Shown here: positions 34,549 through 43,708 of the stretch, piece after piece
Layout: each line of letters starts with the position of its first letter
Numbering within the stretch: position 1 is the first letter of the stretch
The notes under the pieces: generated by a model
What the model was told of the DNA's origin: nothing
The model's input: the letters and a program-made list of their open reading frames with translations, nothing else
Database searches by the model: none
From: Candidatus Microgenomates bacterium
GTDB taxonomy: Bacteria; Patescibacteriota; Microgenomatia; Daviesbacterales; UBA10151
Direction: 5' to 3'
Length of the DNA: 64,000 nucleotides
NCBI GenBank assembly: GCA_016182045.1
Contig: JACOYE010000009.1
Span: 1,328 to 65,327 of the forward strand
Translations under genes and position numbers: made by a program

Positions 34549-34909
34549 GTGCCTAGGAAGAGAGTAAGCCAGATTCTGTTTTCTCGCTTCGCGAAGCGAG
34601 TAGATGATCATTTATCTAATGCTCCTCATTTCGACTAGTTGGCGAGCAGCCTAAGTCGGTTCTAGGATTGCAGCGGGGAGGATTGCCCTTCGACTCGTCC
34701 CGATTACATCGGGACTCGCTCAGGGCTATAGCCCTTTGCTTATCGAATACCCTGTGGCTTGATCGTTTCACTCGGCGCCACCCGAATCGTCACTGTTGCT
34801 CTATACTCGCGGTCACCCGGTCTCGCCTTGCGGCGGACACCCTACTCTTTGCTGTCTGGACTTTCCTGTCCCGATTTAATCGGGACCGATCATCCTTCTT
34901 CCTAGGCTT
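34549..34909 (-). ncRNA. rnpB: RNase P RNA (bacterial type A-like)
   Basis: On the minus strand: P1 AGCCTAGGAAGA paired with TCTTCCTAGGC; P2 GATGATC with GATCATC; P3 hairpin GGTCCCGATTAAATCGGGAC; universally conserved ACAGGAAAGTCCAGAC (P4 5' strand); CAACAGTGA (J11/12-like); P4 3' strand CTAGAACCGACTTAG. A TATAAT -10 sits just upstream. The overlapping + strand ORF 34668-34967 is spurious. Confidence 0.8.
34583..34600. repeat. perfect GC palindrome CTCGCTTCGCGAAGCGAG embedded in rnpB
   Basis: It lies between the P2 3' strand and the P1 3' strand of the RNase P RNA and belongs to the same repeat family as the coding-region insertions. Confidence 0.6.
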
Positions 34910-34922
34910 ATATATTATACAC

Positions 34923-36005
34923 CTAAACTTTATTTGCTTCAATTATTTCTGTAGCCACTATCTGTAAAACTACTGCAATTGGAACTGCCAAAAGCGCCCC
35001 GGCAAATCCCAGAAGTCTAGATCCTATGGCGATGGCTAAAATTACCACCAAAGGATTAAGCCCAACTGCCCGTCTCATCACCTGAGGAACTATCAGATGA
35101 TTCTCCAGTTGCTGAATAACAAAGTACATTGCAGCAACTCCCAAAGCTAGGATCGGCGAAATAGTCAAAGCAATAATGATACCTGGTATTGATGAAATAA
35201 TTGGTCCTATCACCGGTATAACTTCCAATACGCCTGCTACCACAGCCAGCGGTATGGCAAAGGGGATATCTAAAATAATCAAACCCAAATAAGTAAGCAC
35301 TCCCACGATCAAGCTAAGCAGTATCTGACCGCGAAGCCAAGCGCCTAATTTTTCCTCTATTTGAACAATCAGTTTTTTGACTCTTTCTTCTCTGCCTATA
35401 AAAACAGAAGCCGCTTTAGTTTCCAAATTATCTCTTTCAACTAAAAGATAAAAGGTTAACACCAAAAGAAAAATAATAGCCAAAAGATTATCAAATATAC
35501 CCAAGGTGATGGAAAAGACATTCTTTGATAAGGCAGCCAGCTCTGATTGAACAACAGACCTGTCGATATTTAAAATACTAAAAACTTGTGCCAGTATGGG
35601 AGGCAGTGAACTAACCAAATGTGTTGTTTGCTCAATCAGTGGCGGCAAGATACTAAATAGTAATCCCCCAATCAAGGATATAATAATAATGTAGGTAATA
35701 CCAATACTTAAGGCTTTCGGCATCTTAGCTTTGGTAAATAAATTAACCAAAGGATTAAGTGCAGACATTAAAATTATTCCTATAAAAATAATAACTAGAA
35801 GATCACGGATTAAATAAAGCGCCCAAAGACCCAAGATAAAAGCTGCAATAAAAATTATTGTTTTATGTGAGATATCAATTTTTTGTATCATCAGCTTGAT
35901 GATACCATCCTGCAACCATTTTTGCCACATTATCTGGAAAATTCTTACGTTTTTCGTCAGAAAAAGGAAAGCTCTGCTTATCAAGAATATCAAACCAATA
36001 GACAT
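34923..36005 (-). CDS. AI-2E family transporter (PerM/YhhT, UPF0118)
   Basis: 8-TM permease with AI-2E conserved motifs. Start uncertain, since it overlaps the miaA 3' end by ~130 nt as called. Confidence 0.65.
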   Translation of the reverse strand: MSIGLIFLISRAFLFLTKNVRIFQIMWQKWLQDGIIKLMIQKIDISHKTIIFIAAFILGLWALYLIRDLLVIIFIGIILMSALNPLVNLFTKAKMPKALSIGITYIIIISLIGGLLFSILPPLIEQTTHLVSSLPPILAQVFSILNIDRSVVQSELAALSKNVFSITLGIFDNLLAIIFLLVLTFYLLVERDNLETKAASVFIGREERVKKLIVQIEEKLGAWLRGQILLSLIVGVLTYLGLIILDIPFAIPLAVVAGVLEVIPVIGPIISSIPGIIIALTISPILALGVAAMYFVIQQLENHLIVPQVMRRAVGLNPLVVILAIAIGSRLLGFAGALLAVPIAVVLQIVATEIIEANKV

Positions 36006-36900
36006 TTTTTTCTTTTTTAAACCAGGTTAATTGCCTTCTGATATAGCCGTGAATTTTGTTTTGCATGATTTCAATTAAACCCTGATCTCCCTCGATCACC
36101 CTTATTTTCCCATCTAAATAATCAGCCAATACTCCATATTCCAATCCCAACTGCCTCATTCTTTTTAAACTGAGTCCCCCTTTATACAATCTTTTTGCTT
36201 CCTCAACCATTCCCTGGTTTAGCCTTTTAACTACACGTTCATCTGATCCTTGATAAAGAATCCTCCTTGATGCGGTCAGTCCAATCTTTAAAGTATTAAG
36301 ACCACCTCGGATGGTGGCCCGTAGGGACTCCTCCGAGATGAATTCAGCTGATGCAAGCTCTATAGCCCTAACCAGTCTTCTTGGATTTTGTCTATCAGAA
36401 TCATTCATTTTCTTCCATCTTTGGGGGGAAAGTTTTTGTAATCTTGCCTGCAATTGAGACAGAGGTAACTTCTCCAGCTCTTTTCTTAACTTTAAATTTG
36501 GTGGAATTGCCAAAGCAGGTAATCCTTCAAGCAGGGCCTTCAGGTATAACCCCGTCCCACCAACTACAATAGGTAGCTTGCCTCTTTCCCTTATTTCCCC
36601 AATTACCCTATTTGCATCCTTGACATAATCAAAAACTGTATATTGCTTTTTAGGACTAATCACATCATGCATCCACACCCTAATCCCCCCAATCTCCCAA
36701 AACCCCTGTCCCTTCTTCCAGTTTCCATCTTCCAGTTTCCATCTTCCGCTGGGTAGTTTACCCGTCCCTATATCAAGTCCCACATAAACTTGTCTAGAAT
36801 CACAAGAAACCAATTCCCCATCAAATTTTTTGGCCAAAATTAATGCCAAATCAGTTTTGCCTGTGGATGTTGGACCCAAGATAACTAAAAGTTTTTTCAT
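35875..36900 (-). CDS. miaA: tRNA dimethylallyltransferase
   Basis: P-loop ILGPTSTGKT plus DSRQVY. Contains an in-frame 15-nt tandem duplication at 36728-36757. Confidence 0.8.
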   Translation of the reverse strand: MKKLLVILGPTSTGKTDLALILAKKFDGELVSCDSRQVYVGLDIGTGKLPSGRWKLEDGNWKKGQGFWEIGGIRVWMHDVISPKKQYTVFDYVKDANRVIGEIRERGKLPIVVGGTGLYLKALLEGLPALAIPPNLKLRKELEKLPLSQLQARLQKLSPQRWKKMNDSDRQNPRRLVRAIELASAEFISEESLRATIRGGLNTLKIGLTASRRILYQGSDERVVKRLNQGMVEEAKRLYKGGLSLKRMRQLGLEYGVLADYLDGKIRVIEGDQGLIEIMQNKIHGYIRRQLTWFKKEKNVYWFDILDKQSFPFSDEKRKNFPDNVAKMVAGWYHQADDTKN

Positions 36901-36948
36901 TTCTCAAGATTATACTGTAACTGCTTAGAACTTTGGTACAATTATTCA

Positions 36949-38286
36949 ATGAAGATTGCCATATTGGGTGCTGGTTTTACCGGACTTTCTGCTGCCTTTA
37001 GACTTTTACAAAAAGGTTATCAGGTGACTATTTTTGAGAAGGAAGAAAGTTCAGGCGGATTGGCCGTGGGGTTTAAATTAGCCAACTGGCAGTGGAGTTT
37101 AGAAAAAGGTTATCATCACTGGTTTACCAATGATGATTCCATTTTGCATTTGGCCAAAGAGATAAATCACCAGGTAATCATTGAACGTCCTAGTACAGAT
37201 GTTTTTACTCATGGTAAGCGTTTACCTTTTGATAGTGCGACCACCCTGATAAATTTTAGATACCTACCAATTATTGACAGAGTCCGGGTAGCTTTAATCT
37301 TGGCATTTTTAAAAATACTACCAAGCCATCATTTACTTGATGGTAAAAAAGCTTTACCTTGGATCAGAAAATTTATGGGGGAAAAATCCACCAAACTTAT
37401 CTGGAACCCCCTTTTTACTTCTAAATTTGGCAAGTTTAGTGAACAGATTGCTCTCACCTGGTTTTGGGCCAGAATTAAAAAAAGAACCCCTTCTTTGGCT
37501 TATCCCCAAGAAGGATTTCAAGCTTTTGCCGATCATCTAGGTAAAGAGATTAAAAAAATGGGTGGGGAAATCTTGCTAAATACTCAAGTTGTCGAATTGG
37601 TAAGTAGAAATAACGATGTTGTTGTTAAAACTACCAACTACCCGCTTCGCGACTTTCGTCGACGCAGGCGCGAGGCGAGCCAACTACCAACTACCAACTA
37701 CTATTTCGACAAAGTAATAGTTACTTTACCCTCTCCTATCTTTACAAAAATTGCCCATGGACTGCCCAAGCAATACACGGATAGAATAACCTCAATTCCT
37801 CATCTGCATGCTCAGGTATTAATCCTGATTTTAAACAAACCTTTTATGGATAAAACCTATTGGTTAAATATTACAGAAAAGGATTTCCCTTTCTTGATCT
37901 TGGCAGAACATACCAACTTTATGGATTCCAAATACTATGGCGGACAACATATCTTATATATAGGCAATTATCTGCCGCCTGATCATCCGTATCTTAAGAT
38001 GACTGTGAAAGAATTATTAAAAGTTTTTGACCCTTTTCTTAAAAAGATAAATCCAAACTACCAACTACATACTACAAACTACCAACTATTCATTGGTCCT
38101 TTTGCCCAGCCCATTGTCACAGTTGACTACCCAAACTTGATTCCATCATTTACAACTCCACTAAAAGGAGTTTATCTTGCCAACTTAGACATGGTCTATC
38201 CTTGGGATAGGGGAACAAATTATGCTGTTGAGCTGGGAGAGAAAATTGCTGATATGATAGATAAAGATCATGCCAAAGTTAAATAA
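36949..38286 (+). CDS. FAD-dependent oxidoreductase (amine-oxidase / phytoene-desaturase-like Rossmann fold)
   Basis: Dinucleotide-binding motif IAILGAGFTGLSAA...IFEKE. First gene of the GT-C cluster. Confidence 0.65.
   Translation: MKIAILGAGFTGLSAAFRLLQKGYQVTIFEKEESSGGLAVGFKLANWQWSLEKGYHHWFTNDDSILHLAKEINHQVIIERPSTDVFTHGKRLPFDSATTLINFRYLPIIDRVRVALILAFLKILPSHHLLDGKKALPWIRKFMGEKSTKLIWNPLFTSKFGKFSEQIALTWFWARIKKRTPSLAYPQEGFQAFADHLGKEIKKMGGEILLNTQVVELVSRNNDVVVKTTNYPLRDFRRRRREASQLPTTNYYFDKVIVTLPSPIFTKIAHGLPKQYTDRITSIPHLHAQVLILILNKPFMDKTYWLNITEKDFPFLILAEHTNFMDSKYYGGQHILYIGNYLPPDHPYLKMTVKELLKVFDPFLKKINPNYQLHTTNYQLFIGPFAQPIVTVDYPNLIPSFTTPLKGVYLANLDMVYPWDRGTNYAVELGEKIADMIDKDHAKVK
37641..37681. repeat. 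GC-rich palindromic element inserted in-frame in the FAD-oxidoreductase gene
   Basis: cccgcttcgcgactttcgtcgacgcaggcgcgaggcgagcc is ~75% GC in an AT-rich gene and encodes PLRDFRRRRREAS. It shares end motifs CCCGCTTCGC...GCGAGGCGAGCC with 54102-54130 and 22752-22774. Confidence 0.7.
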
Positions 38287-39874
38287 GCAATTTCTTCTAT
38301 TAGCATTAATCATCATAATTGGGTCATTTTTACGCTTCTACAAACTGGACTGGGGTGAGGGATTATTTACTCACCCGGATGAATATCATATAGCTAGCTC
38401 TGTTAGGCAATTATCTTTTCCTTCTCAGATGAATCCACATTTTTTCAATTATGGAACAGTCATTATTTACCTAAATTTTCTTACTAAAGAGATTTTGCAA
38501 AACTTTAATCTGGATCCATTTTTGATTGGACGTTTTTATTCAAGCTTATTCTCAACACTAACTATCTTCGTAATATACAAAATCAGTAGATTTATTCTGG
38601 ATAAAAAATGGGCTCTTGTGTCAGCATTGTTAGTTGCCATCACTCCAGGACTAATTCAGCAAGCTCATTTTTCAACACCCGAATCCACCCTCACATTCTT
38701 TATTACTTCAGCGCTGCTATTTCTTCTTCACTTTATTAGAGATGGCAGGCTAAATTATCTACTTCTTTCATCCGTTTTTTTAGGATTAGGTATGGGGACT
38801 AAAGTTGTGGCAATTCTTTTTTTGCCATTATTCATATTAGGAATAATTATCAAATCTTTAAAAAAGCCCTCAAATTTACTGCTGCTTGTGGCTGCTGCCA
38901 CCATTACCACCATCACCATATTTGCCATATCTTCACCATTCGTTTTTCTAGACTTCTCAAGTTGGCGTTCCTCATTCAATTATGAGCAATCACTGGCAAT
39001 GGGAAAAATACCGATTTTCTACACCAGACAATTTATTAATACTTATCCCATTCTTTTTCAGCTAGAAAAAATCTTGCCGTTTACTTTGGGGATACCACAG
39101 TCAATTTTCGCTGTCTTTGGTTTTATCTTTATTCCCTTCTTGTTAATCAGAAAATTTAAGCCAGATTTGTTCATTATTTTATTAGTATTCTTAATTTTTT
39201 TTCTTACCAACGCACTTCTTTTTACCAAATGGACTCGCTTTGTTACCCCCACTTTTCCTTTTTTTGCAATTTTTACCTCCCTTTTCCTGCAAGAAATATC
39301 AAAGAAAGCTCGCTCTTTAGGATTGATATTAACTACTGTCACAGCTATCCTAACAATAATCTGGTCATGGGCATTCTTTTCAATTTACTTAAATCATGAT
39401 GTCCGTATTGAAGCTGATAAGTGGCTAAAGTCGCAACTGCCAAAAGAGTCTGTTTTTTTGGTGGAAGGAGGAAACATCGTTGATTTACCATTGACTGGCT
39501 CTGAAAGAATATCTCTAGATTTTTACCATCTGGAGGATGATCCAGCTGTCAGGCAAAAAATAATCGAGACCCTAGCCAGATCTGATTATTTTCTTATTCA
39601 ATCTCGTCGAGTTTTTTTAAATCATCAAAGACTCTCCACTCTTTATCCTAAAACAGCTCGCTTCTATGATGCTCTTTTTAGTGGCCAACTGGGATTTGAG
39701 CAAATTAAGCAGTTTCATTCCTATCCCCGCCTATCTTTGGGAGCTTTCATTTGGGAGTTTCCTGATGAACAAGCAGAAGAAACCTGGTCTGTTTTTGATC
39801 ATCCAATCATTCGAATTTTCCAGAAAAAAGTAAAATTAACTAAGGAGGATTATGAAAAAATTATTGAGCAATAA
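38270..39874 (+). CDS. GT-C-fold membrane glycosyltransferase (GT39/GT83, PMT/ArnT-like), paralog 1
   Basis: Many TM helices; conserved first-loop motif LRFYKLDWGEGLFTHPDEYH; C-terminal soluble domain. Confidence 0.65.
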   Translation: MPKLNKQFLLLALIIIIGSFLRFYKLDWGEGLFTHPDEYHIASSVRQLSFPSQMNPHFFNYGTVIIYLNFLTKEILQNFNLDPFLIGRFYSSLFSTLTIFVIYKISRFILDKKWALVSALLVAITPGLIQQAHFSTPESTLTFFITSALLFLLHFIRDGRLNYLLLSSVFLGLGMGTKVVAILFLPLFILGIIIKSLKKPSNLLLLVAAATITTITIFAISSPFVFLDFSSWRSSFNYEQSLAMGKIPIFYTRQFINTYPILFQLEKILPFTLGIPQSIFAVFGFIFIPFLLIRKFKPDLFIILLVFLIFFLTNALLFTKWTRFVTPTFPFFAIFTSLFLQEISKKARSLGLILTTVTAILTIIWSWAFFSIYLNHDVRIEADKWLKSQLPKESVFLVEGGNIVDLPLTGSERISLDFYHLEDDPAVRQKIIETLARSDYFLIQSRRVFLNHQRLSTLYPKTARFYDALFSGQLGFEQIKQFHSYPRLSLGAFIWEFPDEQAEETWSVFDHPIIRIFQKKVKLTKEDYEKIIEQ

Positions 39875-41519
39875 TCAGTATTTTTATTTAGTGATCATCC
39901 TAATTATTGCAGCAACTTTGAGATTCTATGGCCTTAACTGGGATCAAAACCAACATCTTCACCCAGATGAGAGGATGATAACGATGGTGAGTTTGAATAT
40001 CCGTTTACCTCAAGATAAATATGAATGGCAGAATATTATGACGCCACAAAGTGTTCTTAATCCAAAATTTTTTGCTTATGGCAATTTTCCTATTTATCTT
40101 TTAAAAATTAGCGGATCTTTATTGGGACAAATTGATCACAAATTATCCACTTACGATGGGATAAACTTATTGGGAAGAATCTGGTCTGTGATTTTTGATA
40201 TTGGTATTATAATCATACTTTTCCTTTTAGGTAAAAAATTATTCAGTGAAATAATAGGAATATTTTCAGCCTTTTTCTATACTATCTCGGTTTTAGCAAT
40301 TCAACTGGCTCATTTTTATGCTGTTGATACACCCTTAACTTTTTTCATATTATTGACACTTTATCAAAGTATCAGATTTTATGAGAGGCCAACCAAACTA
40401 AGAGCAGTTTTTGTGGGGTTTTTATTTGGTCTCTCCCTGTCCATCAAAACAAGTGCATTACTTTTGGTCTCATCAATTGGCATTGCCTTAGCTGTCCCTC
40501 ACATTTGGTTCCCTCATTTGCCATTATTTATGAAAAAACTTCTTATGAATGGACTGATTATTATTGCCATCAGCATAATAACTTTTGTAATATTTGAACC
40601 TTTCGCTTTGATCGACTTTTCTAGCTTTTGGAGTCAAACTCAAGAACAACGAAGAATGACCTATGATCCATTTACCTTTCCCTATACCTTACAATATGTG
40701 GGAAAAATCCCCTATATTTATGAAATAAAAAATATCTTTCTTTGGGGAGAGGGCCCAATTCTTGCCACACTATCATTTATCAGCATTTTCTATTTCACAT
40801 ATCTAGCACTTAAAAAATACAGGCAACCAGTTTGGGCAAAGGAATTAATCCTTGTGATATTTTTTTGGGTGTATTTTTTTGTGGTGGGAAATTTTTCCAT
40901 CGGTTTTATGCGCTATATGCTTCCTATTTATCCTATATTTTGTCTGGCAGCAGCAGTTTTATTTTATGCTGTTTTCAAAAGATTACCCATTATTCTTTAT
41001 TCTTTATTCATAATTCTATCACTGATCTGGCCTTTATCATTTATTAATATTTATTCACAACCAAACACCAGAGTCTTAGCAACAGATTGGATCAATAAAA
41101 ATATTCCATTGGGTTCAACTATAGCTACCGAGCATTGGGATGATGGTTTGCCTCTTGGTACTCAAGACAATTACAAAGTTTTAGAATTACCAATGTATGA
41201 ACCGGATGCGCCCGCTAAATGGGATAAGATTAATCAAATATTACAAGAAACAGAATATATAATTATTGCATCAAACAGACTTTATACCCCATTACAAAAA
41301 CTTACCAACTGCTCAAAACTTCCTCCTGGCCGTTGTTATACTCAAACAGCCCAGTATTATAAAAAATTATTTGACGGTTCTTTGGGTTTTAAAAAAATTG
41401 CCGAATTTTCAATTTACCCAAAAATTCCATTTCTAAATATTGAAATTGAAGATCAAAATGCCGATGAATCATTCACTGTCTATGATCATCCAAAAGTTTT
41501 GATTTTTAAAAAATCATAA
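39852..41519 (+). CDS. GT-C-fold membrane glycosyltransferase (GT39/GT83-like), paralog 2
   Basis: Paralogous first-loop motif LRFYGLNWDQNQHLHPDERM. Confidence 0.65.
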   Translation: MKKLLSNNQYFYLVIILIIAATLRFYGLNWDQNQHLHPDERMITMVSLNIRLPQDKYEWQNIMTPQSVLNPKFFAYGNFPIYLLKISGSLLGQIDHKLSTYDGINLLGRIWSVIFDIGIIIILFLLGKKLFSEIIGIFSAFFYTISVLAIQLAHFYAVDTPLTFFILLTLYQSIRFYERPTKLRAVFVGFLFGLSLSIKTSALLLVSSIGIALAVPHIWFPHLPLFMKKLLMNGLIIIAISIITFVIFEPFALIDFSSFWSQTQEQRRMTYDPFTFPYTLQYVGKIPYIYEIKNIFLWGEGPILATLSFISIFYFTYLALKKYRQPVWAKELILVIFFWVYFFVVGNFSIGFMRYMLPIYPIFCLAAAVLFYAVFKRLPIILYSLFIILSLIWPLSFINIYSQPNTRVLATDWINKNIPLGSTIATEHWDDGLPLGTQDNYKVLELPMYEPDAPAKWDKINQILQETEYIIIASNRLYTPLQKLTNCSKLPPGRCYTQTAQYYKKLFDGSLGFKKIAEFSIYPKIPFLNIEIEDQNADESFTVYDHPKVLIFKKS

Positions 41520-41521
41520 TT

Positions 41522-43690
41522 GTGAATAAGAAAAATATTTTAATATCTGTACTTTTTTGTATGCTTCTGATTATCTTCTGGCTATCTATAGGCAGGAAAG
41601 TGGAACTGGAAATTCATACTGGAAGTGTAAGCACTGTCTGGCAAAATAATAAACTTCTCGTCCAAAGGCAATCTAATCTTGAAAACATTAACTCTGCTTC
41701 TTTATTTATTCAAAATGATGCTGATGCTATATGGGTTACCCCATTTAGAAACCAAGAGGTGAGGATTTTCTATACCAATGGTCAATCTGAATCTTTGTAT
41801 TTTAAAAAACCAACCGCCTCTGACTTGATCGAACAACTTAAGCTACAACTTTCACCTTCACATCCTCCCTTTGCTGCAAAAGTACTCTACCGAGATCAAA
41901 GTTTTACAACTCAACTAACAATTCCTATAAAAAATGGTGAGCGAATAGAAAAAATTGTTCTTACGCTTTGGAATCCTACAGAAATAAAAATAGAGATAGG
42001 AACAGATTCTGAAAAAAGTCTATCCCTTTGGGCTCGACCAAAAATTCATCATGATGGGACAATAACAACTCCTCTCGGTACTACACCATTCATGCTATCT
42101 GTTAACAAATCCTCGTCATATTATCTTCAAATTATTCTTAGTTTATTAACAAGAAGTATTTTTGGCACTTTCATATTACTTGGGATATTTTTACCTTTTA
42201 CCAAGCTGAAATTTACAGTACCTAAATTTCATCTAGGAAAATTTTCGCAGCAAATATTAGTTTACTCTTTACCTATTATTGTTTTCCTTATTACTTCTTA
42301 TATAGCGGTTAATTATTTTGAAAAAATCCCGCACTCTCAAGATGAAGTTGCATATCTTTTTCAGGCAAAAATTTTTTCTCGCGGAGAACTGTTTGCCTAC
42401 TCTTTACCCAACGATCTAAGAAGATTTTTTGATCATGAATTTATTATCAATGACGGACAGTGGTTTGGTAAATATCCTCCGGGAACTTCTCTTTTGCTGA
42501 CAGTTGGCGAACTCTTTAGGATCCCATACCTTATCAACCCTCTTATTTCAGCTGTAAATATTTTTATATTAATAAAGCTTGCAAAAAAAATTGTACCAGT
42601 TCATATGGCGCTATTGACTGCTATCTTACTTGGATTATCTCCTTTCTTTCTACTTATCTCCAGTAGTTATTTAAGTCACCCCAGTGCTCTTCTTTTTATC
42701 CTACTGTCTCTTTTAGGATTTGTTAACATTCAAAATAATCCTAATAATAAACAAGAGTGGGTGCTTTTGGGATTTGGCATTGGATTTCTCTCTTTAATAA
42801 GACCGATTAATGCAGTTCTGATAGGAGTAGTATTTGCGATACCTCTAGTAAAATCTTTTTTTCAATATTTTAGGAATGCTAGTTTAGCACTTTTTGTTGT
42901 CCTAATTTTTTTAGCAATAAATATGTTTTATAATTTTAACCTTACAGGAAATCCCTTTTTATCTCCTTACCAGCTTTATAGTAAATACGATATGTTAGGT
43001 TTTGGGATACGAGGGACGGATTTCGGCAGTGAATTTGCCTTGAGCGATGCTTTTAGAAATTTCAGCTTCAACATCCACTCACTTCTTGATATGCTATTTC
43101 GATGGCCTAGCTTCCTAACATTAGCATTTATTCCTTTTGCTTTTATGGGTAGATTTCGCAAAAAGGCTTTCTTTTTAACACTCCTTTTTATATCTCAGGT
43201 TGGTCTATACTTTTTTCACTTCCATGAAGGAACATTCTACGGACCAAGATTTTGGTTTGAGGTTATATGGATCATTCCGCTTTTAACAGTCATGGGTCTT
43301 GCTACATTACCAAGAATATTTCCGTCTGTACGAAATATCTTACTAGTTTCTCACACTATATTAATTACACTATTAATTTTTACTATAATAAATTTTGCCT
43401 ATATCCTGCCTCAATTCAAAGGATTCAATGGGATGCAACCAATAAGCACCCTTCCTGTAAAGACACCCGCTCTCATTTTTATTTCAGATGTTGATGACAA
43501 CTGGGTAAATTATAGTCGATATTTTATCGAGCAAAATCCGTTCTTAGATACCCCTGTTATTTTTGCTCGAGATCAAGCTCTACATAATATCTCTAATAGT
43601 TTACCTCCATTATCTAATACATCTTTAATGCGTTTTTTTTCTGACAGATACTTCTATATCCTCCGAGGAAATTCCTTATCGGAAATATGA
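41522..43690 (+). CDS. large polytopic membrane protein, probable GT-C-type glycosyltransferase
   Basis: 722 aa and more than 12 TM helices. Carries a DE-containing loop (SQDEVAYLFQAKIF) analogous to the GT-C catalytic loop. Confidence 0.45.
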   Translation: MNKKNILISVLFCMLLIIFWLSIGRKVELEIHTGSVSTVWQNNKLLVQRQSNLENINSASLFIQNDADAIWVTPFRNQEVRIFYTNGQSESLYFKKPTASDLIEQLKLQLSPSHPPFAAKVLYRDQSFTTQLTIPIKNGERIEKIVLTLWNPTEIKIEIGTDSEKSLSLWARPKIHHDGTITTPLGTTPFMLSVNKSSSYYLQIILSLLTRSIFGTFILLGIFLPFTKLKFTVPKFHLGKFSQQILVYSLPIIVFLITSYIAVNYFEKIPHSQDEVAYLFQAKIFSRGELFAYSLPNDLRRFFDHEFIINDGQWFGKYPPGTSLLLTVGELFRIPYLINPLISAVNIFILIKLAKKIVPVHMALLTAILLGLSPFFLLISSSYLSHPSALLFILLSLLGFVNIQNNPNNKQEWVLLGFGIGFLSLIRPINAVLIGVVFAIPLVKSFFQYFRNASLALFVVLIFLAINMFYNFNLTGNPFLSPYQLYSKYDMLGFGIRGTDFGSEFALSDAFRNFSFNIHSLLDMLFRWPSFLTLAFIPFAFMGRFRKKAFFLTLLFISQVGLYFFHFHEGTFYGPRFWFEVIWIIPLLTVMGLATLPRIFPSVRNILLVSHTILITLLIFTIINFAYILPQFKGFNGMQPISTLPVKTPALIFISDVDDNWVNYSRYFIEQNPFLDTPVIFARDQALHNISNSLPPLSNTSLMRFFSDRYFYILRGNSLSEI

Positions 43691-43708
43691 ACAATACTCA
43701 CTCATTAG

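Noticed and set aside
34668-34967. 99-aa + strand ORF in the comM / AI-2E permease gap
   Set aside because: It lies entirely within the GC-rich region that folds as RNase P RNA on the minus strand. Its Arg-rich translation comes from GC bias, so it is not a gene.
37625-37700. Target-site duplication (aactaccaactac) flanking the palindromic insert in the oxidoreductase gene
   Set aside because: The same aactaccaacta string recurs elsewhere in the gene (38056-38090) as a native TTNYQL peptide repeat, so it cannot be attributed to insertion.
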